Positions 10,541 to 23,455 are shown, counted from the first letter of the stretch. The stretch is DNA of 52,422 bases from Chiloscyllium plagiosum (GCF_004010195.1 NC_057718.1:60770795-60823216); one strand, 5' to 3'. The notes: generated by a model from the sequence alone, not told the origin. Numbers and translations: made by a program.

Positions 10541-13500
10541 GTCTCATTTGATCTGGTCCAAGATAATCAAACAGAAATTAATTTAATAAAGTAATCCACT
10601 AAATTACTTCCGAACCTATATAAATCTGGCTCTCATTTTTAGGATTTGTTGATAAGGAAACTTTCAGTTTTTAACTAATTTTCTTTTTTTTGTTGAATAT
10701 CCTTATACAGGCCCCAGCCATCACCTGCAGCCATGAAGGCACTCTGGTGAAAGGATGATAGTAACACTTCACCCAGGTTTTGTGAAACTAGTCAAAAAGA
10801 GAGTGATTTGAGCAGCCTGGAAGGATGATGTAACATCACATGGAACTGACCTCCAGAAATCCCAATAACTGATCCAGCAGCCAATCCTGCCAACAAGTCA
10901 TCATGAAGGCTACTTGAACAACGGGATTGTCTGCTGGAGTCATCCTGCAGATATGTCTTCATCATGAGTAGGGAGACTTTGTCCATAGCAAAGGAGGCCT
11001 AAGTGTCTGTTGTACAAACTTGAGGAGCATTCTGTTAACCACTTATGATTTCAATTCACTTCCTCACTTGTTGTTCTGACAGGACGTTCACTGGGGCTTC
11101 CTGCTTAGCCCACATGGTATAATTGGTGAGATTTGTGCTTCTTGAAGACCACTCAACCTCACTGGCTGAGAAAGGAATCAGTTCAAACTTTGGTATATTT
11201 TTGTGTTTATTGCTTTTTTAATTTTAAATGTTTTCATTGTTACCTCTTTTTACCACTTTTTCCCCTCTCTCCCTTGCCCAATCTTTTCTTCCCTTTTTAT
11301 CTTCTCGTAGCCAATTTGACAACCTACTTCTGACTTTATTCTTCCATTGTTTTTCCTGAATTATTATTCTTAATTTATTAAGGAGGTTATTCGCCAGGGT
11401 TAACCTTGTCGCAATTTGCAAGGCAAAATATTTTTGAAGAAAGAATTCTGATAGATGCAGCATTGCACAATATGCTTCAGTTCCCACAAAATCTGGGCCA
11501 CTTATTTATTAAGTACTCTAATAATGTTTACTGAGAGTTCAACAACACTTTCTCCACCTTTGTTTTATTCTGTAGAATTTTGGCCCATTCTGAGTTGTCC
11601 CATTTGGACAGATTCAACGTTGAACAATTCTCACATATAGAAGAGTCTCAGTTTTAAAAAAAAGTTTCTTTTTTGAGCCGTCTCTCCTAAACAATTTCAT
11701 TTATGTGAAGTATCATATCTCGACTAGGATTTTCTCAACTCTGCTGTATGCCATATGTGTGTATGTCCCGTATATTATGGAGGTAAATAAATATGTTGCA
11801 TTTGCATATCGTGCATTGTGGGGTGTCTTTAGTGCTATAATCTCATAGCAGGCACTTTGTGCAAATTGATCCATATTTATTTTGGAAATTATTCAAAATA
11901 AATCCAGAGAGTGAGGGCATGTAATTTTAAGCTCACTCCCACACTTAGAACATCAATGTCATGGAAACACAAATGGTTTGACTTAGATTGTTTATTAATT
12001 CTTATTTCATCCAAACAACTAGCCTCCATTCTGTCAGATGTTTTATTCTAGATATTATACAATTTATGATTCCCTTAATGTGGATTTAAACTGACTGGCA
12101 ATCTTTATTTTCTTACAAATTTGTGGCAAGTGAGCAGAACATGAGTTAACCTGCGCAGTAAATAGTCTAACATTTGTAATTCACTTTTATTTCAAACTTC
12201 ACTGAATCATGCCAACAGAACTGAGAGGATCTTGCCTGCAAGCATTCTCAGTAGATTGAAGCCAGAAATGTTCTAAGGCAAGAAGGAGCTGTTGTCTGCC
12301 AGAAGCCTGCAGTTTGATCAGAGTGGTTCACTTATTTAGCAGTTCACAGTGCACACTCTACATCAGTGGATAACAGAATTGACTGATTATTTTAAAATGG
12401 ATTGAAGGTGCACCATGAGAAAGTAGAATAGGGAAGGTTTTAACTGGGAGCAGGTTTTGAACAGGCAAAGAGCAGCGGTTGTGCAGAGGATGGTATGCAG
12501 AAGACAAATATCAAATCTGCCATCACCATCAGTTTGAGTCTTGGGTATTTTAACTGCCGGATCTTGTTTCTTTCTCACAGTTCCTGTTCTCTGCTTTCCC
12601 ATGTATGTTACTAAACTCGGCAGCCGTGACAGCACACCAATCAGTAGGCTGTTAAAATGCCATCAGGGTACTGATGGCATTACAGAATCCTAATTTGTAC
12701 GTCTAAGATTGGCTTCAGTTTCAAACAAAAGGATGCATTGACTATCTGCAAAAACAGGTAAGAATCAAACTGAGATAGGATGGTAAATATTTGCAGAGTT
12801 ATAGAAACTGTGTGCCTTAACACTTCCAATATGGAAGGTGATATTGAATATCCCCAATTTGTATTAAAAACCATTTTGCTTATGATAAAGTTTATAAATT
12901 TATAAGAAGGGGATCGCTTGATAATGAAAACTATTATAATTTTGCAATAGTGACAGTTGTTGAATAAAAAAAATGAACTGACATTAAAGAAATGATATTT
13001 TTAAAGTAAGCTGTAAAATGGAATGTGTAACGTGTTTGTGTTTATTAAAATGAGCCAATTTCTAAGTAAAAATGATAAGGGACTGTCATAAGAATGCATT
13101 AAGTATTCATAGCCTAATGATTACCAGTAATTGATTTCAAAATTCAGATATCACTGTTAGCAAACTATTGTTTACCATGTGTGTATATTTCCCCATATTT
13201 CTGTCTCCCAAAAAAATCAAGCATGAGTGAGGCTGTCAGTAAAATTGAGGCTGGGGATCTATAAATTTGACTTTCCCCCTCAAAAAAAAGACCAACACAA
13301 AATAATCAAGAGTTTCGGGGTTTGTTCAGTTTGTAATCCTGTATGTTTGGCCTGAGGTCAGGGTTACCATTGAACGGTCTAGAGGAAATTTATATTTTAC
13401 GTCCCAAAGTATTTTCTTCCGGACAGGTGTATTTTGAAATCTTGGAAAATCGAGTTTGGGAAAATTAGGCAAAACCCATTCTAACAGGGAAATGTTTAGT

Positions 13501-13769
13501 GTTTAGACAACTTCAAATCATATTCTTAGAGGCTGTATCATAGGCTGGATATGATTTGCTACAATAATTGAGCATAGAGCTCTGTCATGTAAAGATAAGG
13601 TGATCTTTACATTGATTAACATTGTGTAAGCATTCAGATGTACTAGAGTATTTTGCCCATTGGAAAATGTGCTAATATGCATTCAAACAAGGTTAAAGCA
13701 CTGCTTGGTAATTTTCCTGTGATGGTTTGGATAGTATTTCAAATACCCAGAGTACTTTAACTTTAAAGC

Positions 13770-13881
13770 AGTCAAGCAGGAGGCTGGGGGAGCAGAGCAA
13801 GCCAGGCAGCATCAAGAGATGGTGAAAGGGCACAGCCTCCTGTCTGCTTATTTTGGATTCCAGCATCTGCAGTTTTTTTGT
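13770..13881. mobile_element. Short fold-back Penelope-derived insertion
   Basis: aagcaggaggctg / cagcctcctgtctgctt inverted arms, ccagcatctgcagtttttt end, flanking direct repeat ctttaactt (13755-13763, 13882-13890). Confidence 0.7.
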
Positions 13882-14536
13882 CTTTAACTTAAATGCAATT
13901 TGAAATCTTTAAAGAAAAATATCAACTACATTACATTGAAGGATTGCATAGAAATGGATCAAAAGCTTTCAATTTCAAAAGTTTCCACTGTATGGAGCTA
14001 CAATGGTTTGTTTTGATAATGGATCCCGTTTTGAATGCTTGTCTGAGCTTCAAAGTGCTCAACTGAGCAGAACATTTGTTCAAAGAGGTATTCGTGGGAC
14101 TGAGAACATAGATACTTTGATAATTTTAACAGGTTATAATGAAATCATCTGCATTTGATGTGGTTTTGAATACATGTTTGTTCTTAGAACTTAGTGATGA
14201 CTTAAGTGGATTTAAGTTTTCTTCAAAGACATTTTCTTTCTGTACTGTATAGATGACTGTGTGGAATCTTATAGGGGTCTGAGTAAAGTGAGCTTTGATG
14301 AGATATACGACAGAATTAGAAGAGAAGTCTACCCAAGATGATCTCGTGATCAGGAGTATCTTGTTGTATCCTTTATGCTTTCGCCAAGCAACATGATGAG
14401 TTTCTAACTAGCCAAGAGTAGGTGGTAAATAAGAGGATTTGTTTTAAACACATTCTTAATGGTTCAACTCATCTCATTAATACTCAGGTTTCCATCCACC
14501 AAATGTGCTGAACAAATCTGCTATTGAACATTCTCA

Positions 14537-14992
14537 CAAATTCACCTGCACCTCCACACACATCATCTATTGCATTCGCTGCACCCGATGTGGCCTCCTC
14601 TATATTGGGAAGACAGGTCGCCTACTTGCGGAACGTTACAGAGAACACCTCTGGGACACCCGGACCAACCAACCTAACCACCCCGTAGCCCAACACTTTA
14701 ACTCCCCCTCCCACTCCACCAAGGACATGCAGGTCCTTGGACTCCTCCATCGCCAGACCATGGCAACACGACAGTTGGAGGAAGAGTGCCTCATCTTCTG
14801 CCTGGGAACCCTCCAACCACAAGGGATGAACTCAGACTTCTCCAGTTTCCTCATTTCCCCTCCCCCCACCTTGTCTCAGTCAAATCCCTCGGTCGATTCT
14901 CCTGTTCCTTGGATGCTGCCTGACCTGCTGCGCTTTTCCAGCAACACATTTTCAGCTCTGATCTCCAGCATCTGCAGCCCTCACTTTCTCTC
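14537..14992 (+). mobile_element. 5'-truncated Penelope-like element encoding GIY-YIG endonuclease C-terminus
   Basis: ORF 14505-14996 contains FTCTSTHIIYCIRCTRCGLLYIGKTGRLLAERYREH...VAQHFN...LGTLQPQGMN (PLE GIY-YIG with CCHH). Perfect 13-bp TSD ttgaacattctca (14524-14536, 14993-15005). Confidence 0.95.
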
Positions 14993-16384
14993 TTGAACAT
15001 TCTCAGCATGGATATGAAAATAGGTACTTCATGACTTCAGCTCTCATTTACCAGCATGTTTGTAGTATCTATGCCTTGTCTGGCCTCCCATGCCATATAG
15101 GTTAACACTATCCGTGCTGCCTTATTGACATGCCCTTTTGTGGAGACCTGCAGACAATGTTTTGTCATACTTGTCAGTAGGAATCTATGTGGGTCAAGGG
15201 TGGGGAGCAGTTGGCAGCATGGCACACTGAAACTTTGATTTAATACTTACATCATGTGCCAGCTGCCTGTACACCCAACACACTGTATGTGATTTCAACC
15301 AAATGGCCATGTCGGACAGTGAGTGGGGACTTGTCCTCAGTTCAGCCTGGGGAACCTGGTATCAGTCATGGGCACAGTCCAGGGGCTTGGCCACAGTCAG
15401 TCATCCATTTGGAGCAATCACCATCAGGGGACCTATCCCCATGCCATCCAGGGAGTGGGCTGCTGTCAGTCTAATAGGACTAGTGGCAGTCAGGGGAATC
15501 ATGTTTCATCAGTTGGGGAGCTGTGGTCAGGGGTTGGGTCAGTCCTCTCTGTGGGCTGGTTGTCAAAGTCAGTTTGGGGTCTTGGAGTTCTGTTTTTCAG
15601 TTATTAAAGGAGATTGAAAAGAGGCATTTAGGAGCCAAGGAGGGATCATGTCCAAAATGGGTTGGGGTGGGGGGGTACTTAACACTGGTAAAGGGGAAAG
15701 CAGAGGCATTTGTGGAGGTGGGAAGGATGGCGCTGAGGGAAATTCAAGTTGCCTGGGGTTACACGGAACAGCATAAGGACATGCCAGGCTGCAGGACGGT
15801 GGAGTAGGAGGGGGGGTTATTAACAGTGACATTCACTGCTCCCTCCTCAGATGGAGCATAGTGGAGCAGGGTGGGTATCATTAAGGTTTAATGTTGGGAT
15901 TCAGGGGACAGGGAGGAAGCTGGAGGTAGTGTTCAATGTGATGACTGCCAATATTGGGGGATGGGTGGAAATGGGCTGTTGGGGTACTGTGAGGTAAAAG
16001 GAGAGATGGAGGCTCTGGGGAGGTACCTAATGACCGGGCAGAGCTTGCTGATGGTGGTATCCAACTCAAAGTGTCATCCCTGCCATCACTTACCATTCTC
16101 TGGCTGCGCAACGCAGCTGAACAATGGCTGGGACAGTGCCCAGGGTGGGCGGTACCAGTGTCAATTTGATTGGCAAGAGTGCAGGATCCACCTTTGCTGG
16201 ACCATAGGACAGTGAAGAGCCAAAGGCATGAACTTCACAACATTTTATTTACAAACATTCCTTCACAGATTTGCATGTGCTTATGCATCAAATTTGATCA
16301 AAGGTAGATTGCACCATGCATTTGGTGCTGGTTAACGTAAAATTGTCATCTCAGTAAAGCAGAACTTAGAGGCAATAACTTTAA

Positions 16385-16510
16385 AGGAGAAAGTGAGGCC
16401 TGCAAATGCTGGAAATCAGAATCAAAAATTGTGGTGCTGGAATTGCACAACAGCTCAGGCAGCATCAGAGGAACAGGAAAATTGATGTTTCAGAGATAAG
16501 CCCTGCATCA
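16385..16510 (-). mobile_element. Penelope pseudo-LTR fragment with decayed HHR
   Basis: Reverse complement reads ctgatgcagggcttatctctgaaacatcaat...gatgctgcctgagctg, the same family as 50676-50781. Confidence 0.75.
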
Positions 16511-16751
16511 GCAATGCAGGAGGCTAATGCTGAGTAGAAGCAGACTATTACTTATGGAACTTTTCAAGGGTGTTTTGGGATGAGGGGAACACCGCTGCAT
16601 CATGTGCCATGTAGATATGACAGTGGATTCCATCAAACACAAAAGAAAGTGGAACGTTTGATGTGAGTCTGTGTTGTGAAATGGGTTTGAGCACAGCAGT
16701 ATAACTTCTAATGTATCAAACATTGGCTCTGAAACAACATTAAATGACTGA

Positions 16752-16890
16752 ATTCTGAAGAAGAGTCAGACCACGCTTGGAATTTTACTTCTGTTTCTCT
16801 CTCCACAGATGCTCCCAGACCTGCTGAGTTTCTCCAGCATACTGTGTTTGTTTCAGATTTCTGGCCTCGACCAATATTTTGCCTTTATTT
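16752..16890 (+). mobile_element. Penelope pseudo-LTR fragment (third subfamily)
   Basis: ctgaagaagagtc...ctgtttctctctccacagatgctcccagacctgctgagtttctccagca. Related to 3603-3780, 42823-42971 and 45505-45643. Confidence 0.75.
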
Positions 16891-17159
16891 CAATAGATAC
16901 TAGCTGGAGACCATCATAGACCACCAAGGTCAAGATGCCAACATTTGGTTCACATTCTGGGGGCAAACTGTAGCCTGTATTCATTTCATTTGAGTTCCCT
17001 TTTGCTGGCTGTCAATAAAAGTCTACATTTATGATTGTTCAATTGCTTGCCTGTGTGTGATATTCCCCTACTGGACACTGACACTGTGAGTCTACAGTGG
17101 AGACTGGGGAAAGGGCATGGGGACTCAGAGAGGGCCTTCAGACAAGATGTACCTAAAGG

Positions 17160-17652
17160 GAAACTTGAAAGGGTTCAGAAAAGATTTACAAGGATGTTGC
17201 CAGGTTTGGAGGGTTTGAGCTATAAGAAGAGGCTGAATATGCTGGGGCTGTTTTCCCTCGAGCATCAGAAGCTGATGGGTGATCTTTAGAGATTTATAAA
17301 TTCGTGAGGCGCATAAATAAACGAGATCTATTCCCTGGGATAGGGGAGTCCAAAACTAGAGGGCATAGGTTTAAGGTGAGAGGGGAAAGATTTAAAAGGG
17401 GCCTGGGGGCAACTTTTTCATGCAAAGGGTGGTGCATGTATGGAATGAGCTGCCAGAGGAAGTTATGGAGGCTGGTACAATTGTAACATTGAAAGGCATC
17501 TAGATGGACATATGAATGGGAAGGGTTTCGATAGATATGGGCCAAATGCTGGCAAATGGGACAAGACTTATTTAGGATACCTGGTTGACGTGGACGAGTT
17601 GGACTGAAGGGTCTATTTCTGTGCTGTACACCTCTTATGACTCTATGACTCT
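17160..17652 (+). mobile_element. CR1 LINE 3' end
   Basis: KLERVQKRFTRMLPGLEGLSYKKRLNMLGLFSLE and ESKTRGHRFKVRGERFK; tail (ctatgact)n. Confidence 0.95.
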
Positions 17653-18611
17653 TTGACAAGTAGGGTGTATGGCATGGTGGTTAAACATCAACCAGAGTGC
17701 GTGAATATTTGTCCATGCTCAAGGGAGAGTCAGGCTACAGCTGAAGAGGAACTGCAATGAAAGTTTCCAAAAGTGACAGCAGGCTTTTCCCCAATACGCC
17801 TTCAAATTCCTGAAACACTTGGAAAAGTCCAACTCCACTCACTTCTGACTGTAAAAAAGTAGCAAAATAAGATCAGAAGCATCTAACCAGAAAGCCCCAA
17901 GGTGATGCCTGTAAGCATCACATCTTTATGTTTGGAGTGTGGACTCAAAAAGGAAGAGATACTTAAGCCAAGGGGACTGTGCAGTTTTAACAAGCACATT
18001 TGCTAGAACATATTGTGAGTTGTATACAATGTTGCCCATTCCTGGAATACTGAAAGTGGAAGTAAGTAGAGCAAAGTCAATAAGTTCGAAACTACGGAGC
18101 AATTGCTTTACAATAATATTTTGTTTGGCTCATGGCCAGATGACCATTGTGGGCCCAGAAAGATCTAGCTGCAAAGTGAAAGCATCAAAAATCTCTCTCT
18201 TTCTCTCTCCTATGTGGAGATACCAGAAAGTCTCCAGTAACAGCAAGCTGTATCCCTCTTGCCTTTCTCTGTAAATCCCCTTCTGACGGAAGAATGAATC
18301 ATCTTTAGCAACATTGAAAAGATTAATTCTTTGTCTGTGAATGAAAGACTGAACGTCAGTGCACAAATGACTTTAGATCAACATCAATGAATCAGAAGAA
18401 AGAGAAAGAAGTAATCTCATCAAATCCTGTGGTACAGACTGGTGCTCATGAACTGTATTCCCTGATTTCAATTTCTTTTTCCACTCTATAATCCACACCT
18501 CAGTCTTTGTGCATCTGTCTATATGTGAGAGAGGGAATTTAACAAGGAGTGGAATATAATTTATAAAAGGATTAATAAATAATTGATATACATTAATAAC
18601 TGAATCTGTTG

Positions 18612-19010
18612 CCTCAACCTCCTAGCCTCAGTTTGGACATGATCTCCCGGTCTCAGTGTGGGTTTGATCTCCCAGCCTCAGTATGGACGTGATCTCCTGG
18701 CCTCAGTGTGGGCTCGATCTCCCAGCCTCACTGGGGGCTCGGTCTCCCGGCCTTAGTGTGGACTTGATCTCCTGGCCTCAGTGTGGACTTCCTGGCTTCA
18801 GTGTGGACTTGACCTCCCGGCCTCAACCTCCTGGCCTCAGCGTGGATTCAATCTCCCAGCCTCAGTGCGGGCTTGATCTCCTGGCCTCAACATGGACACA
18901 ATCTCCCAGCCTCATTGTGGACTTGACCTCCCAATCTCAGCATGGATTTGACTTCCTGGCCTCAATGTGTGCTCAACCTCCCTGCCTCAGCATAGACTCA
19001 ATTTCTGGTA
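18612..19010 (+). repeat. Degenerate ~25-bp minisatellite (cctcagtgtggacttgatctcccgg)
   Basis: About 15 imperfect units, some shortened, visible directly. Confidence 0.92.
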
Positions 19011-19382
19011 TTCCTGCACTCAAGGTGAAGCCCATGCAATCTGGGTTGGAAGGGTTGTTATTCTGAATTCTTATTTTTTATCTAGCTTATTGCTGGACTT
19101 ATTAATTTCTATATTTTTCTATTTTTTCCCCTAAGAATGTGTACTTGAGAATCTGTACCCTAGGTATCTTGGTATCAAAGATGGCACAATAAGTGGTGAC
19201 TTGTAAACTTTTCATCATACTCATGTGAGTATATGACAATAAATCTAATTCTACTTCATATTTTCTTTTTGTCTTTGGTTAAAGTGAATATATTCACAAT
19301 AAACAGTTATTTACTTGTTAAGTACAGGGCAGTTTCTTTTATCGTGAGATTGTCAGTCAGATAAACTGAGAATTTTGGATAG

Positions 19383-19712
19383 TTCATAAAATCCTTACAA
19401 AGTGAAAGCAGGCCATTCAACCCATCAAGTCCACACTGACTCTTTGAAGAGCATCCCACCCAGACCCACCTAACCCTATCACACTGTATTCGCCATGGCC
19501 AATCCACCTAGCCTGCACATCTCTTGACACTGTGGGCAATCCATCTAACCTGCATATCGTTTGGACTGTGGAAGAAGACCAGAGCTCCTGGAGGAAACCC
19601 ACACAGACACGAGGAGGATGTGCAAACTCCACACAGGCCCTCACTCGAGGGTGGAATCGAACCCAGATTCCTCAGGCTGTGAGGCAGCAGTGCTAACCAC
19701 TGTGCCACCATG
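19383..19712 (-). mobile_element. HE1/V-SINE-type SINE
   Basis: Minus strand: ggtggcacagtggttagcactgctgcctcacagc (A box), ggttcgattcc (B box), V-domain tgtgtggagtttgcaca...gggtttcctcc, CR1-like tail. Confidence 0.93.
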
Positions 19713-20249
19713 TTGATTTAGTTTGACCAAATCTTTTCACATTTTTGATATCTGTGAATAACCTAAGGCTTAGTTTTCAGCACATTACCGCAGTGAATCA
19801 ATGCATGTCTTTAAAAAGCGCACTGGAAGTACATCCCTTGTACATGTTCCTATGCGAGTGTTTAAAGGAAATTTCTCATAGGACGCAGAAGGTCCAAAAT
19901 AACATACCTTGATTCCAAAACAGCTCTTTCAACAAATGGCTCACTGTACTTCCATAAACTCTGCAGCAACAAATCATGGTCAAAAGCTTTCTTATCTGAA
20001 AGTCCCATGCTGATTCCTTTAAAGCACATATTGTGGGATGGGCAGAGTACATTCTGATATAAAACAGAGAAAATGATAGGTTGAGTGCAAAGTCAGTGTT
20101 AGGCTTGACTGAAGTCATAGGTTTCTGACTCTCCCTGCTCTGTTCAGGCTCTTCTGCATCAGTACCATACAGAGTGTACTGCACGAAATACATCAGAAGT
20201 GGGTCAGCCACCATCAGTACCTCTTCATTCCCATTGCACAGACTCCAAC

Positions 20250-21120
20250 AGTACTCAGGAGTCCAGTGTTGCAGCCTAAGTACGTCCTTTCACATGATGA
20301 GCAGAGGAGGACAGGGAAAGGCATTTGTCTTGATGGATGGCAAGCATGGTATGTCATCAGGTCCCACAGCCACATCCGAAAGTGGGTCTACCTTTACACA
20401 CACAGCAGTCTGGCAATGACAATGGAGGTTTACAAAACAACCTTCCGCAACTTCCTATGGGATGCCTGCTGGCAAAATTGAACACTTATGCAGCATTGCC
20501 AGTTAAAGTTATCTTGACTTTGAATGTTTAAACATTGGATTTCTCCCAGGGAAATACTCAGCATATCTGCCGTGGCAGCCAGGTGACTCACATTATTGGT
20601 AGAGATCCCCAGCAGTACCTTTAAAGGACAACCAGTTAAACCATAAGTAGGCTTGGTTGTCCTGAGTGCTGTCGGTCTACTGCCAGCAGCCAAATGACCT
20701 TCCAGCATTCACATCCTACTACCCACATTGACTATTTAGCTGTCATTTTACACTTTGTAATGTCAGTTCTTATAGCTTTCTGGCTGATATTACAGAGATC
20801 TCCAGTGTTTCAGTGCAAAGAACCACAGCCACAGAAATTGAGGGCACATTCAGCTTTATTTTGACTCTTTCGGTCCTGCAGTGAGCAGTTTGAGATTTTC
20901 CGGCAGCAGTTCATACTGATGCCTAATTGCTTTTGGTGAAACACAATCCTTGCACAAGCCATAACATATAAGCACAACCCATACATAGATTCTCTGTCAG
21001 CTACAGTGAAGGTGTTATTTTACCATCGACACCCTGAGGGAGATGTATTGAGAGGTTTGATACAATCCCCAGCTATGGTATTCGCTCATATTGCTTGTCC
21101 TCCTCTTTTCTCATTGTCAG
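20250..21120 (+). pseudogene. Decayed Harbinger transposase
   Basis: ALPVKVILTLNV*TLDFSQGNTQHICRGSQ (~20490-20585) parallels LPVAVKVTVALNFYASGSFQ..GDICGISQ. The rest is weak. Confidence 0.6.
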
Positions 21121-21326
21121 TAATTCAGAATATGTGAAAGCCAGATGGAAAGGTCATTGCAATCCTTTCACCTTCTCAATGCATTTAGAAGAGTGAAGAT
21201 TCTGAAAAGAATTATCTTCAATCATTCACAGCAACTTTGGGTAGCAGAACAATCAAGCACTGAAGTTTCCCACAATGGCTAAGCAGGGAAACAGAAGGTT
21301 GGAATCACTTGTTGAGTGTATGCAAA

Positions 21327-21740
21327 CATGAAGCTTGACATCATCCAGGACAAAGCAGCCCACTTGATTGGCTCTGCATCCACAAATATTCACTCTGTTC
21401 AATAGTAGCAGTGTGTCCCATCAACCATCTTCATGCACTGCAGAAAATCATCCAGTCTCCTTAGACAGCACCTTAAAAATCTACAACCACTTTTACCTGG
21501 AAAGACAAGGATAGCTGATACATGAGATTATCACCATCCACAAGTTCCCCTCCAAGCCACTCACCACCCTAACTTGGAAACATATCGCAGTTACTTCGCT
21601 GTCACTGTGTCAAAATCTTGGAATCCGTCCACCTACAGTTTATCACTCAAGAAAGCAACCACCACCTTCTTAAGGGCAACTAGAAATGGGTAATAAATGC
21701 TGGCCCAGCTAATGGCACCCACACCCCTTTTAGAATAATA
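21327..21740 (+). mobile_element. CR1/L2-group LINE 3' end, same family as 46205-48430
   Basis: KLDIIQDKAAHLIG remnant. The 3' end gggcaactagaaatgggtaataaatgctggccc is shared with the SINE at 50352. Confidence 0.85.
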
Positions 21741-23319
21741 ACAAATTGATGTTAAAGAAGTCTTTCAGATAGGAAGAATGAGTTTTTTGTATGTTGCTAA
21801 ATGCAACCAGTGAGCTGAGACTTGAGGTGCATTTAGAAAGTATTCAGCAAGCTTTTCTTTACTCATATAATACACTTCATGTGTCAGATGCAATGTACAT
21901 GCAATGTATAATACAATTTCTACTAGAGAAGATACTTTCAAGCTCAGAGGTGCTGTTGCACATATGCACCAGTGACAAGCTGACAGAAATTGCATGGTAC
22001 TTCTCATTTCTTTCTAGAAGAAATCAAACTACTGTCCATAAGTAGCTACCATTAATTTAGGAGGTTAGGTTGGAAATTCAATCCCCAGCTAACTTTGCAG
22101 TCCAAGTAGCTGAGCAAATGTTCAAATTATATCAGATTTGGAACACTGCATTAAGTGAGTAAACTATTCCTTAAGGAAGGATCAGATTTAATATAAATTT
22201 CAGGCATTCCAATTCTATAGGTGGCAGAAGTGAGGAAGAAACAATTCACAGAGATCCAAATGGATAATAAGAGGGTGTAGTAGCAGGGTTTTATAGAAAA
22301 GTAATGATTAGATAAATGTGAGCGGGTAAGTTCAATGGAGTATGCACCATTAGCCTGTCTACAATAGGGATCTGAACTCATGCCAGGTCCTGTACTTACA
22401 GAATGCAGAACTGTCTATGTTCTTCTGCATGTTCATAACAGGCCAGGTGCCTGAAGATAAAATTACATGCAAACAGAGACTTAGCTGAACATTTTCTTCT
22501 CTGTAGTGTGGCTAAAAGCCAGAATGAAACACAAAATTTTCATTCACAACACCAGCAAATAAAGGCTGCTGGGACACTGACATTTTCTTCATGCTGCCTG
22601 AGCAGTTAGATAGAGCAGCTGTGGTAATGAAAGTAGAACAAACCTCAGGGGTTAACTAATACATTTTGATACCACTGACGGTAGCCTTCTAGTAATTGGA
22701 CTATCAATCCTTTGTACTGGAATCACAATATCAAGTTTAAATGATGGAGGATGCTTAATATAAACTCATGGATTAATTAGGTGCAATTTTGAATTTGTAT
22801 AATTATGGCACATGGATAGCAAATCATCAACTTGCTTAGCATCTCTCCTAAAGTTAGTGGAAATAAACTTTGGGAGAGGTGTAAAACTGGGTGGCAATTC
22901 ATTATCATTCATTTTATATTATTGAACCAAGTCAAATGATACCACCATGTCTGATGAGTGGGTTAAAAGCATGAAACTAAAATAGAAAATGTTCAAAACG
23001 CACAGTAGGTTTGTTAATAACTGTTGGTAGGGGTAAAACAAGTCACGCATTTCCTTTGATGCAAACCTGAAACATCAAAACCTGTCCCTTCGCATTACAC
23101 ACGCTGAATATATTCATGTTTGTCAGCATCTATTTGTGGTTTCTAATAAAGCATTTGCATTTATCTTAAGCACAATACTACATCTGATACACTAGTGTAT
23201 CATTAAATTATTATTAACATATTGAGTTTAGTAACATTACCTACAGTAATACCTGCTAATTACCATTTACAACTTTACTACAAATTATTTGATTAATGCC
23301 CTTTCTCTGAGAGATGCTA

Positions 23320-23455
23320 CCTTCTCCCTAGCACCTGATGAAGGAGCAGTGCTCTGAAAGCTAGTGTTTTCAAATAAACTTGTTGGACTATAACCTGGTA
23401 CTGTGCGATTTTTGGCCTTGTCCAACCCAGTCCAACACCAGCACCTCCACATCAT
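23320..23455 (+). mobile_element. Penelope pseudo-LTR 3' fragment (second subfamily)
   Basis: cacctgatgaaggagcagtgctctgaaagctagtg...caaataaacttgttggactataacctgg...ccagtccaacaccagcacctccac; matches parts of 46691-46972. Confidence 0.85.
23332..23366 (+). ncRNA. Minimal type I hammerhead ribozyme motif
   Basis: CAC-CUGAUGA-A-GGAGC(agu)GCUCU-GAA-AGCU-A-GUG: helix I CAC/GUG, helix II 5 bp (one G.U), palindromic helix III AGCU, predicted cut after CUA (23363). Confidence 0.8.

Larger units (their letters stand above)
17660..19800 (+). mobile_element. Possible old long LTR, interrupted by 18600-19253 and an HE1 SINE
   Basis: Compositional order (purine-rich, ctctctct, T-rich, AATAAA at ~19298) similar to 39170-39955. 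No clear termini or TSD. Confidence 0.3.

Noticed and set aside
14505..14996. Stand-alone GIY-YIG nuclease gene
   Set aside because: The start codon lies in flanking DNA outside the TSD. It is a truncated Penelope insertion without RT or promoter.
18683..19066. 127-aa ORF as a real gene
   Set aside because: It is a by-product of the 25-bp minisatellite, with a low-complexity repeating peptide and no domain.
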